Shown here one piece after another: positions 10,159 to 19,024 of a DNA stretch of 58,514 nucleotides. The notes under the pieces are model-generated. The model was not told the DNA's origin. It saw only the letters and a list, made by a program, of their open reading frames with translations, and made no database searches. Every line of letters starts with the position of its first letter. Position 1 is the first letter of the stretch. Source of the DNA: an uncultured candidatus Brocadiaceae bacterium (GTDB taxonomy: Bacteria; Planctomycetota; UBA1135; UBA2386); assembly GCA_964469555.1 (NCBI GenBank), contig CAYYAQ010000011.1, positions 1-58,514 on the forward strand, in the 5' to 3' direction. The position numbers and the translations under genes are program-made.

Positions 10159-11123
10159 CAGTTCAGGCGCGGAGGTGACAGCATTTCGTCGTCATTCACT
10201 TCTTCCACATCCATCTTGCGGTGCAGTTGGCCAATCGTGACCAACCGATACAAGCCGATGATCAGACCTGCCAAGAGGTAGAGGGACACGATGAGCACGA
10301 GGCCGAACTCGTGTTCGAGGGCGATGCCGAGGACGAGCACGACGAGCGTCGCCAGGAACGGGAAGGAGTGACCGCCACGCAACAGCGTGACCATCACGTG
10401 CGGATACGGGAAGCGCGAGACCATGAGCAACCCGGTCATCACCAGGCAGATCGGCAGGCTGCGCACCACCCAGTCCTCGACTCCGTGGCCGGCGATCCAG
10501 CCGATCAGCACACTCTGGTTCTCCGGCGGCGCCTTCAGCGCACAGAAGAAGTAGAGCAACCCGGCGATCACGGCAGCGCCGGCAGGAGATGGCAAGCCGG
10601 CGAACTCCTGGTGGTCCCCGGCGGAGTCGCCCGGGATCTCGACGTTGAACCGCGCCAGCCGCATCGTGGCGCACAGGACGTAGACGACCGCGGACACGTA
10701 AATGATCCGCGGGCCGATCGTCAGCAGCGGATCGGCACCGACCTTGTGGAAGTCGATCATGACCTTGGCCAGGAACGCCGGCGCGACTCCGAAGGTGACC
10801 ATGTCCGCCATCGAGTCGAGCTGTGCCCCGAACGCGGACGTCTGCCGCGTCATCCGCGCGACCGCGCCATCCAGGGCGTCGAACACCATCGCCACGAAGA
10901 TCAACAGGGCGGCGACTTCGAGTTTCTTGAACACCTCGGCTGTCGGGATCCCGCCGTTGGCCGCGCTGAGCATGATCGCGTCGCCGGCCTTCGCCATGGC
11001 GAGGAAGCCGAAGAAGACGTTCCCGAGCGTCACGAGCGACGGGAGGATCGGCACGGTCTTCAGCACGCGCAAGGCACTGCGCCGGCGACCGGTGGGCGGA
11101 GGGTTCAAACGGGTCGATTCCAT
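10158..11123 (-). CDS. pssA: CDP-diacylglycerol--serine O-phosphatidyltransferase family
   Basis: LPSLVTLGN, DALDGAVAR...SAFGAQLDSMADMVTFGVAPA, RLARFN, FAGLPSP, LMVS. Start chosen at ATG 11123. Confidence 0.9.
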   Translation of the reverse strand: MESTRLNPPPTGRRRSALRVLKTVPILPSLVTLGNVFFGFLAMAKAGDAIMLSAANGGIPTAEVFKKLEVAALLIFVAMVFDALDGAVARMTRQTSAFGAQLDSMADMVTFGVAPAFLAKVMIDFHKVGADPLLTIGPRIIYVSAVVYVLCATMRLARFNVEIPGDSAGDHQEFAGLPSPAGAAVIAGLLYFFCALKAPPENQSVLIGWIAGHGVEDWVVRSLPICLVMTGLLMVSRFPYPHVMVTLLRGGHSFPFLATLVVLVLGIALEHEFGLVLIVSLYLLAGLIIGLYRLVTIGQLHRKMDVEEVNDDEMLSPPRLN

Positions 11124-11309
11124 GGATGGAGAGCAGCGGACCACGGGCGAAATGCCCAGTGCGCAGTGCGCAAAGTAGCCTGGGAAACTGTCCATGGTAC
11201 GACGAAATTCTCGCGGCTGCTGTTCTCATCCACCACGGCGTGCCGTCACAACCGAGACGTCCGGAGAGGATTCGACAACGATCCCCATCTGGTGTTTCCC
11301 AGGACAACG

Positions 11310-11792
11310 GTGGACAAAGCGACGCGGCGCACCGTTCGGCACCCGAGCCTCGACATCCTATATCGGCCCCCGACTCCCTCCGAGCTGCGGATGTACGTCG
11401 GGTTCCCCGTCGACAAGGTCTCGAAGCGGATGACTGCGATCGTGGAGATCATGATGTCGACCGGATTCACGCTGCGCAATCCGGGGAACGACACGTTCGT
11501 CACGGTCGTGCTCGAGCAGGGTCTCGGCCTCCGCGTGCAGGATCGCAAGAACGTCCCGACCCTCGAAGCCGGCAAGAAGATATACGACGGCTACAAGGTG
11601 CGGCTCCTCCGTCAGAAGGGCAACTCACAGTCGGACATCATCAAGATCGTCTCGGGGCAACGCGACTTCACGAAGTTCCTCCTGAACCGCTATCACAAGC
11701 GGACCATGCGCGTCCCGCTGCCGAAGGACAAACAGACCAAGGAGCAGGTCGACCGCAACGGCGACGGGGTCATCTCCAAGCGCGACCGCTGA
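11310..11792 (+). CDS. Hypothetical protein with C-terminal EF-hand-like loop
   Basis: Coding-like 3' part of ORF 10221-11792. GTG 11310 follows AGGAC. Ends DRNGDGVISKRDR. Start uncertain. Confidence 0.7.
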   Translation: MDKATRRTVRHPSLDILYRPPTPSELRMYVGFPVDKVSKRMTAIVEIMMSTGFTLRNPGNDTFVTVVLEQGLGLRVQDRKNVPTLEAGKKIYDGYKVRLLRQKGNSQSDIIKIVSGQRDFTKFLLNRYHKRTMRVPLPKDKQTKEQVDRNGDGVISKRDR

Positions 11793-11807
11793 CCCGCCCG
11801 TGGGGTC

Positions 11808-12995
11808 CTACTTGGTGAGGACCTTCATCACCCGCTCAACCGTGCGCCAGGGGAGGAGGCCGAGGTGGTAGATGCGGAGTCCGTCGAGCTTGCGTTCCTC
11901 GACCAGGTTCATCGCCGCGACGATGTCCTTGTCTTCGTTGTACTCCGGGGACTTCGGCCAAATGGCGATGCGCGTGTGGCGCCCGACGTTCTTCTGCCCA
12001 GCCCACTTATCCACCATGCGCATCGGCGGCTCGCCGTAGTGCGTCACGATGATCTCGTCGACCATCGACGCGACGGAATGGAACGGCTGACCGATCTGGC
12101 TGCCGGAAAACAACGGGTCCATGTTGAGGTGAACCGACAACCGCACGCCTTCACGCAACTTGGCGCGCAGCTTGGTCAGGAAGCCGACGTAGACCATCGT
12201 CCGGTGCCGGATCATCGCCAGGAAGTTCTGGCGCCCGAGTCCAGCGGCGAGCCGATCGAACGAGTCCTGCCAGCTCAACCGCTGCGGCGACATCGCGTCG
12301 CCGTCGAGGATCAGGCGTCGCAGGAGACCAGCGACGAGATCTTGGAGCTCATCGCCGTCCACGTTCAGGGCGCCGAGCCCGGTCTTGCAGTGATCGCAGA
12401 AACAGAACGACATCAGGAAATCCAGGTAGGGATCGACGACGAACGAGCTCTTCACGTGGTGGCCGCCGTGCCGGTAGCCCATGAATCCCATCGCCTCGAC
12501 TTCTACGCACGTCAAGCCCTCGTGCGCCGCCACATCCGTGACCAGCTGCAGCCCGTACTGCTGGACCTCTGGCCTCGCCGGGCACAACGAATACTCGTAG
12601 ACATCGCCCACGGCATTTCGCGCACACGAGTCCGAATGCAGTCGTCCCAGCCGGGAATTATGGAACAACACCGTCCACGCATGGCTCTCCAGGCCCGCGT
12701 CATTCGACCGCTCGATGCACTCTTGAAGGGCGCTGTTGCCATCGCCAGGCATCGACGGACACGGCCTGGGTTGCAGTTCGCCGTAGCCGTCACCCGACCG
12801 GAAGTAGACCACGCCATCCTCGAGGCAACGCATCAACCCCTTCCCTCCCACCGGAGTCGTCCACGTCCCGGCGTGGTAGGACGCGGGAAACGCCACGTCA
12901 GCGAAGCCAAGCTCGCGCAGAGTCGACATCCCGCCCCGGTCCTCCAACCAACCGAGATCCCACGGGTGTAGATAAGCTCCAAAGCGATAGGCCAT
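11808..12995 (-). CDS. Hypothetical protein, putative TIM-barrel glycoside-hydrolase-like fold
   Basis: Globular 395-aa ORF with YLHPWD, SYH, HAWTVLFHN, LCPARPEV, CFCDHC. Function inferred only. Confidence 0.6.
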   Translation of the reverse strand: MAYRFGAYLHPWDLGWLEDRGGMSTLRELGFADVAFPASYHAGTWTTPVGGKGLMRCLEDGVVYFRSGDGYGELQPRPCPSMPGDGNSALQECIERSNDAGLESHAWTVLFHNSRLGRLHSDSCARNAVGDVYEYSLCPARPEVQQYGLQLVTDVAAHEGLTCVEVEAMGFMGYRHGGHHVKSSFVVDPYLDFLMSFCFCDHCKTGLGALNVDGDELQDLVAGLLRRLILDGDAMSPQRLSWQDSFDRLAAGLGRQNFLAMIRHRTMVYVGFLTKLRAKLREGVRLSVHLNMDPLFSGSQIGQPFHSVASMVDEIIVTHYGEPPMRMVDKWAGQKNVGRHTRIAIWPKSPEYNEDKDIVAAMNLVEERKLDGLRIYHLGLLPWRTVERVMKVLTK

Positions 12996-13275
12996 GCGCC
13001 AGAGAAGATAGCGCGGGCTCCACGGAGTGCGAGCCCGCATCGATTTCGCCGGGTATCGACATCCCCGACTCGCCTGACTGAAGAACTGGCACTCCGAGGC
13101 ACCTACCGACCCTTACCGTCGGACACCGAGAGCGCCGGAGAATCCCATGCGCACGCACCGATCCTGATCTACATCACAGTCACCACATTCATGGTCGTGA
13201 TTGAGCTATCGCCGAATCACCCATCGACGCGGGACGCTGCGCCGGGGAAATAGCCAGGAGACCGCAGGCGACCGG

Positions 13276-14523
13276 CTAGTTCGTGGTTTCGAACCCGTAC
13301 TCCGCGAAGATCCGCTCCATGATGTCGAGCACCTGCTTCACGGACTTGCGCTTCTCGTTGTACGGACCGGGGTAGAACGACCGCTTGAACCCGTAGGTCA
13401 ACAGGTCCTTCAGTTGCTTGGCGTCCAGCTTGAACGTCGAAACAGCCTTCTGCACTTCCGCGGTCATCGTCGTGCGCGACACCAACCGATTGTCCGTGCA
13501 GAGGGTGACGCTAACGCGTTCCTTGAGCATCCGAGCAAATGGATGGCGCCTGAGGTTGTCGCGGAACTCGGGGATCGTCTGCTGATTGCTCGTCAGACAG
13601 ACCTCGAGCGTGATCCGACGGTCCGCGACGTAGCGCACGAGCTCGTCGACGTAAGCCTTCTTGTCCTTGATCGACGGGTCCTGGATCTTGCGCGCGGAGA
13701 ACAACCAGGTCCCGTGCCCGATGCGGTCCGCGTGGCAGTCGGTGATCGCCTGGAAGATCGACTCCGGTCCGTAGTCCTCGCCGGCATGCACGGTCTTGCC
13801 AATGAAGTTCTCGTGCATCAGGTCGTAGGCCTGGAGGTGGTCTTTCGCTGGAAACCCCCGCTCCTGCCCAGCGAGGTCGAACCCGACGATCGGGACGCGG
13901 TGTTCATTCCGCGCGACGAGCGCCGCCTGTGCGAGTTGGAACGAGGCGAGCCCGTAGATCCGGTTCTTTTGGGCGTAGGGCAGCGCCTGAAAGTACGCCG
14001 CGTAGTGCCGCGAGAACACCGGGAGGAAGAACCGCAGCGCGCACACGATGATCCCGCAATAGAAGGCCGGGAACTCGCCATTGCGGATCTCCTTTGCGCG
14101 GTTGATCTCCTTCGTCGCCCGCCGAATCCCCCGGGAGACCGCCTTGAGGACATCGACGATCTCGAAGTCGTCGTGCGCGTGCAGTTGCGGCGCAAACCGG
14201 ACCTCGGTGTAGAACACGTTGTCCTCCCGGCAATCCCAACAGAACTCGTAGGCGACGCGCTCGAGACCTTCGGGATCCTGGAGGCAAGCCACCGTGAATT
14301 CGAATCCCTTGAGATACTCCGGGAGATTCTTGTAGGCCCGCTTGAACACCGTGCCCAACAGCCCCGAAGGCGACGAACTCGGCAGCTTCACCTTGCGTTC
14401 CTTGGCGAGCTCGATCAGGGTCTGCAGGCGCAGGCTGCCGTCCAGGTGGACGTGGAGGTCGGTCTTGGGGAGCTTGGCGAGGAGCTCTTCGGGGAATGGG
14501 CTCGAGAGCTGCGGGCGTGTCAT
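13276..14523 (-). CDS. add: Adenosine deaminase family protein
   Basis: LPKTDLHVHLDGS, YTEVRFAP, GFDLAG, TVHAGE, RIGHG, LEVCLTSN, TDN metal-binding motifs. Confidence 0.9.
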   Translation of the reverse strand: MTRPQLSSPFPEELLAKLPKTDLHVHLDGSLRLQTLIELAKERKVKLPSSSPSGLLGTVFKRAYKNLPEYLKGFEFTVACLQDPEGLERVAYEFCWDCREDNVFYTEVRFAPQLHAHDDFEIVDVLKAVSRGIRRATKEINRAKEIRNGEFPAFYCGIIVCALRFFLPVFSRHYAAYFQALPYAQKNRIYGLASFQLAQAALVARNEHRVPIVGFDLAGQERGFPAKDHLQAYDLMHENFIGKTVHAGEDYGPESIFQAITDCHADRIGHGTWLFSARKIQDPSIKDKKAYVDELVRYVADRRITLEVCLTSNQQTIPEFRDNLRRHPFARMLKERVSVTLCTDNRLVSRTTMTAEVQKAVSTFKLDAKQLKDLLTYGFKRSFYPGPYNEKRKSVKQVLDIMERIFAEYGFETTN

Positions 14524-14604
14524 CTGGCCCCCATTATTCCTGCACCGCGGCGACGCGCTACTTCTATTCGGAGCGAGTTCGTCCCCCCGGGTCGCGAGGA
14601 CCGC

Positions 14605-15912
14605 CTACTTGCGCATCACGCCCGGGTCATTCGCGGCGAGAATGTCGAGGAAGGAACCCCCACCGCTGTCGCTGAAGGGGTCACCGAGAGCGTCTTCGAG
14701 TGCCTTCGCCGTCGACAGGTCGTCGTCATTCGCGTCGAGCACTTCGAACGCCTTCTTCATGGTCTCCTCCAGGGTGAAGGTGATGTCCGCGAGCGACTGG
14801 GCTCCGCCAACCGGCACGATGATGCCATCGCGCGCCCACCGCACGAGATGCTGGTACACCTCGAACAGCGGTAGCCCGATCGAAGTCGAGACCTGCCGCG
14901 GAGAAGAACCGCGGTTGACCGTCGCCAGCAGCTTGATCTCGAGAACCCCGAGATTCAATCCGTCGATCCGCGCGAACATGTCCGACACCGGCTCGAGCGG
15001 CGCGTCCGGATCGGGGAACACCTCCATCAGGACGTTCCACTCGTCCATCCGCTTGCTTCCCTCCAGCAGGATAGGCGTCACATGCATCGCCTCGCCGTAT
15101 GCGTCGACGAACTCCGGCATGGAGTCGAGCTTCCGGTAGAAGAAGGTGCAGGAGTCGCCTTCGCAGAGAAACTCGTAGAAGACCTCCAGGCCGAGGTTCT
15201 GGAGCACGTCCGGAAGTTCCTCGTCGCGGAGGTAGCCGAGTCGGTTGAGCCCCACGAGGAGCGGCAGGCCCGTCGACTTCTTCATCTCCTCGGCTTGCGC
15301 GATCAGGTCCATCGGGATCTCCCGATAGTGCAGCGCGTCCTGCCCGGGGAGCACGCGGCGCATCAGATGATGCGAATCGAACATCACGATCATGCCGTTC
15401 TTGATGAAGAGGTCGAGACGGTTGTCAGCCTTCTCGAGAGCGAGCATCCCGCTGTAGCCTCCGCCGCTCAGAAGCTGCAGCACCTCTTGTATGCTGATGA
15501 AGTCTGCCTGCCCCGCGAAGCTGAATTCCTGTTGCCGCCGTGCCTCGAGCATCTTGTGATCGAACGCGCGGGCGAGGTCCGTGAGCACGGACCCGGAGAA
15601 CAACATACCCATCAGCCACTCTGTCGAGTGGTTGGCCCGGGACGCGTCACCACTCTCGTGGAACGAGCGGAAGGCGCGCCGCAACCTGGAGAAGATCACC
15701 TCACCGATGAGGTCACGCGTCTCGCCCTTCGTGCCCTCCATCTTCTGCTTGCGCCGCCAGAGGTCGCCAGCTCGCGTCAGCAGCCCCTCGAATTCCGCTG
15801 CCGCGGACTTGCCATCGGCTGCCAGCACGTCGACAAGATGGCACATTCGCTTTTTGAGATCGGTGACGAGTGCCTGGTCCCGCCTCTGTATTTGCCTGTC
15901 TCGTTCACCCAT
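14605..15912 (-). CDS. DUF4388 (PatA N-terminal-like) domain protein
   Basis: SFAGQADFISIQEVLQLLSGGGYSGMLAL...LFIKNG, G...FFY, ILLEGSKRMDEW; C-terminal wHTH-like segment and acidic tail. Confidence 0.75.
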   Translation of the reverse strand: MGERDRQIQRRDQALVTDLKKRMCHLVDVLAADGKSAAAEFEGLLTRAGDLWRRKQKMEGTKGETRDLIGEVIFSRLRRAFRSFHESGDASRANHSTEWLMGMLFSGSVLTDLARAFDHKMLEARRQQEFSFAGQADFISIQEVLQLLSGGGYSGMLALEKADNRLDLFIKNGMIVMFDSHHLMRRVLPGQDALHYREIPMDLIAQAEEMKKSTGLPLLVGLNRLGYLRDEELPDVLQNLGLEVFYEFLCEGDSCTFFYRKLDSMPEFVDAYGEAMHVTPILLEGSKRMDEWNVLMEVFPDPDAPLEPVSDMFARIDGLNLGVLEIKLLATVNRGSSPRQVSTSIGLPLFEVYQHLVRWARDGIIVPVGGAQSLADITFTLEETMKKAFEVLDANDDDLSTAKALEDALGDPFSDSGGGSFLDILAANDPGVMRK

Positions 15913-16039
15913 GCCGCTAGTGCAATTGTCGACTGATTTCGCCGCACCCCTTGACCTGATACATCGCTCTGCGCCCAGCCACGACAGCATGGCAATGACA
16001 ACCGTAGGAAAAGACGTCCTCCGGTCGTTCGCATGGGAG

Positions 16040-16069
16040 TTGTGCGGATGACCCAGGGGTCGGTATCCT
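16040..16069 (+). promoter_or_regulatory. Candidate sigma70 promoter for a leaderless cytochrome transcript
   Basis: TTGTGC (16040-45), 18 nt, TATCCT (16064-69), 7 nt, ATG 16077. No SD sequence. Confidence 0.5.
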
Positions 16070-16076
16070 CCTCGGT

Positions 16077-17126
16077 ATGAGCATCCGGTCCATCCCCCTT
16101 GTGGTGGTAATCCTCGGCGCGCTGCCGTGGATCTCCTTTGGCGCGAGCGACGAGACGAAGTCCTCGACGACGATCGCATCGATCATCGATGACACCGACG
16201 AATGCTCCGCGACTTGCGGCACCGCCACCGACCCGGAATCGGCGAAGGCCTGCGGCATGTGCCACAAGGCGATCTTCAACGAGTGGGACGGGGCCAAGCA
16301 CAGCCAGGCCTGGAACGACAAGGTCTACCAGGCAGCGATCGAGAAGAAGAAGCGCAAAAAGACGTGCTACGCGTGCCACATTCCCGACCGCGTGCTCGCG
16401 CGCGTCGGTCGCAAACCGAAGACGCGACCGAAATCGAAGAAGAACCTCTACCACGAGGGCGTGACGTGCGTGTCCTGTCACGAGAAAGATGGGGTGATCT
16501 ACGGCCCGTACGGCAACAAGACCGACGCGCACAAATCGGTCAAGGACCCGCTGTTCACCGACGCGAAGTCCTCGAGTCTGTGCCTGTCGTGCCACAAGAC
16601 GAAGATCGACGTCGTGCTTCCGGTCGGCAAGGACTTCGAGAAGGCCGGACTCACCGCCAAGGGCAAGAGTTGCGCCGGTTGCCACATGCCTGAAGTGACG
16701 CGGCATCTCTCCGTCAGCCCGACGACGGGCAAACCCATCGGCGAGAAGCTCAAGGGTCGAAGCCACAAGTTGCTCGGCCCGGACAACGCCGAGTTCTGCG
16801 CCACGGCTTTCAAGCTGAGCGCCACCAAGAAGGACGGCCAGTTGGTGCTGACGATCGTGAACGAAGCCGAACACAGGGTGCCGGGGCTGCGCACGCGGGA
16901 GTTCCACTTCCTGGTCGTTCAGAAGGACAAGGCTGGCAAGAAACTGTTGGACAAGAAGATCAACGTCAACAGCGAGAACGGCCTGATGGCCGAGGAGTCC
17001 AGGGAGTTTCCATTGGAGTTCGCCGCGGGTGTTGCGAGCGTCGAAGTCGCGATCGAACACCACTTCATGGACAAACTCGTCGCGACGATCAAGACGCACA
17101 AACTCGCAGTCGGAGCAGCCAAGTAG
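16077..17126 (+). CDS. Exported multiheme c-type cytochrome (5 CxxCH)
   Basis: Signal peptide; CGMCH, CYACH, CVSCH, CLSCH, CAGCH; W..akHSQAW typical of c554-like domains. Confidence 0.92.
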   Translation: MSIRSIPLVVVILGALPWISFGASDETKSSTTIASIIDDTDECSATCGTATDPESAKACGMCHKAIFNEWDGAKHSQAWNDKVYQAAIEKKKRKKTCYACHIPDRVLARVGRKPKTRPKSKKNLYHEGVTCVSCHEKDGVIYGPYGNKTDAHKSVKDPLFTDAKSSSLCLSCHKTKIDVVLPVGKDFEKAGLTAKGKSCAGCHMPEVTRHLSVSPTTGKPIGEKLKGRSHKLLGPDNAEFCATAFKLSATKKDGQLVLTIVNEAEHRVPGLRTREFHFLVVQKDKAGKKLLDKKINVNSENGLMAEESREFPLEFAAGVASVEVAIEHHFMDKLVATIKTHKLAVGAAK

Positions 17127-17128
17127 CG

Positions 17129-18109
17129 TTGAATCCGCCAGAAGACTACGAAACGCCGTTCCGGAACGCAGCACTTCAGGTAATCGACGAACTCGGGCTG
17201 AAGGAAGCCGACACCGGACGGCTTCGCCCCTCTTCCGGCCACCGTTCGTCGATCCTCGTTCCGGCTGACGGCGTGGACGGTCGACCGTTCCTTCTCAAGT
17301 ACTTCATCCCGCCGCGCGAGGGGCAGTACTACCCCTCCGGGGTGGTACTCGCGGACTACGCGCGCCGCGAGTGTGCGTTCTACCGCTACCTCGACACCGT
17401 GGACGCCCACCGTCGCAGCTTGCCGGTCCCGAAGACCATCTTGCTCGACAACGCGGACCCGCCTCGGTGGATTCTCCTCGAGCGCATCGCCGGCGCCATC
17501 GGCCCTGCGGAGGAAGTCCTCGGCATGGATCACGTCTTCGAGTTGCTCCAGATGTTGCGGAAGATCCCCGTCGATTCGCTGCTCGGTCGGCGGAACTTTC
17601 CGCTCAACCGCTGGGAGACCGTCAGCTACCTGGACCGCGTGCGAATGATGTTCGACCCGGTCATCCAGGTGATCGGTCAGGATCGCTGGCAGTATGTGCT
17701 GGCCTTCTACAGCGAGGCTCTGCGTTGGACGGAGACGCGCCCTCCGGTGTTGGTGCACGGCGACTTCACGGCGTCGAACATCTTGATCGACGAGGAGGGC
17801 GGGTCGAACCTGTTGGACTTCGAGCGGGTCGGCACGGGCAACGAGGACCACGACTTCGCGTGGTTCTGGATCCACTCGGATCGCTCGCAGACGTGGAAGC
17901 AGGACCTCCTCGAGCGGTACTTGGAGAATCGCGTCGGCTCGGAGCGGATCCGGGCCATGTGGGGCATGCGAGCCACCATCGCCTACCTCGCGTTGCGGCG
18001 CCTGCGTTTCAGCCACCTGATCCTCGGCGAGGATGACGTCAACCGTCCCCAGAATCTGGGGCTGCTCGACGCGGCGCTGATCGGAAACACCGAGCTGTTC
18101 CCGGTCTGA
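17129..18109 (+). CDS. APH/choline-kinase-like phosphotransferase
   Basis: FLLKY, RECAFY, LLERIAG, LVHGDFTASNIL, LDFE. TTG start 2 nt after the cytochrome stop. Confidence 0.85.
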   Translation: MNPPEDYETPFRNAALQVIDELGLKEADTGRLRPSSGHRSSILVPADGVDGRPFLLKYFIPPREGQYYPSGVVLADYARRECAFYRYLDTVDAHRRSLPVPKTILLDNADPPRWILLERIAGAIGPAEEVLGMDHVFELLQMLRKIPVDSLLGRRNFPLNRWETVSYLDRVRMMFDPVIQVIGQDRWQYVLAFYSEALRWTETRPPVLVHGDFTASNILIDEEGGSNLLDFERVGTGNEDHDFAWFWIHSDRSQTWKQDLLERYLENRVGSERIRAMWGMRATIAYLALRRLRFSHLILGEDDVNRPQNLGLLDAALIGNTELFPV

Positions 18110-18268
18110 ACTGCCGTAGACGTGCGGCGGCAACTGCCGCGTCTCGGCGGCACCCGGCGCGTTCGCGTGGGCCCCATTACTCCACAACTCTCTGTTCACC
18201 AACACGTTATCACGGGCCCACGAATTGCAGGTGGGCCGTGGTACGGGCTTTGTTCTCTACCGGCCGTC

Positions 18269-18904
18269 ATGAGCAAAGCAACAAGAGACCCGGCACTCTG
18301 GTCCTACACCGACGACCAGTTGATGCAAGCGATCAACGCGGGCCAGGTCGAAGACAGCCTCTCCGTCCTCCAGAGCCGCTACGGCCACAAGGTAAGGCAC
18401 TTCATCCGGAGCATCGTCAAGGACAGCTGGCTCGCGCAGGACGTGGCCCAGGAGACCTTCGTCAAGGTGTTCTTCAAGAGTCACCTCTACCAGATCGGCA
18501 CGAGCTTCAAGGCCTGGGTCTTCGAGATCGCCCGCAACCAGGCGCTCTCGGCGCTCCGCAGCCGCCGTCGCAGCCCGCGACCGGTGACCAGCCTGAACAT
18601 CGCCGACCCGGACAGTGAACAAAACCTCTTGGAACAGGTCTTGTCATCGGAAGCCAATCGTGACCTCGAGGAACGGGAGTTCATGACCTCTTTCGAGGAC
18701 GCGGTCACAGCGCTCCCGGAGCACTACCAAACCGTGTTCCGCCGCTGCGTGATCGGAGGACGTTCGTACCAGGACGTCGCCAACGAGCTGAAGATCCCGA
18801 CCGGAACGGTCGCCATCCGAATCATGCGGGCGCGAAAGCGGTTGTTTCAGACTCTGTCGCCTCACTTCGATCGCCTGCGCCGCCCCCCCGCCTGCATCCA
18901 GTAG
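18269..18904 (+). CDS. ECF-type RNA polymerase sigma-70 factor
   Basis: AQDVAQETFVKVF, FKAWVFEIARN (region 2); LPEHYQTVF...SYQDVANELKIPTGTV (region 4). Confidence 0.92.
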   Translation: MSKATRDPALWSYTDDQLMQAINAGQVEDSLSVLQSRYGHKVRHFIRSIVKDSWLAQDVAQETFVKVFFKSHLYQIGTSFKAWVFEIARNQALSALRSRRRSPRPVTSLNIADPDSEQNLLEQVLSSEANRDLEEREFMTSFEDAVTALPEHYQTVFRRCVIGGRSYQDVANELKIPTGTVAIRIMRARKRLFQTLSPHFDRLRRPPACIQ

Positions 18905-19024
18905 GGGCCGCCAGCAGAGCGTTCGACACCGTATGGGTTGCGAGAGGCCTGTGGTCTCGCAACTCGAACGGTTACGCTGGATCGGGAGACTTCGCCACAC
19001 GGCAAGGACGACCGAGCCCAACCA

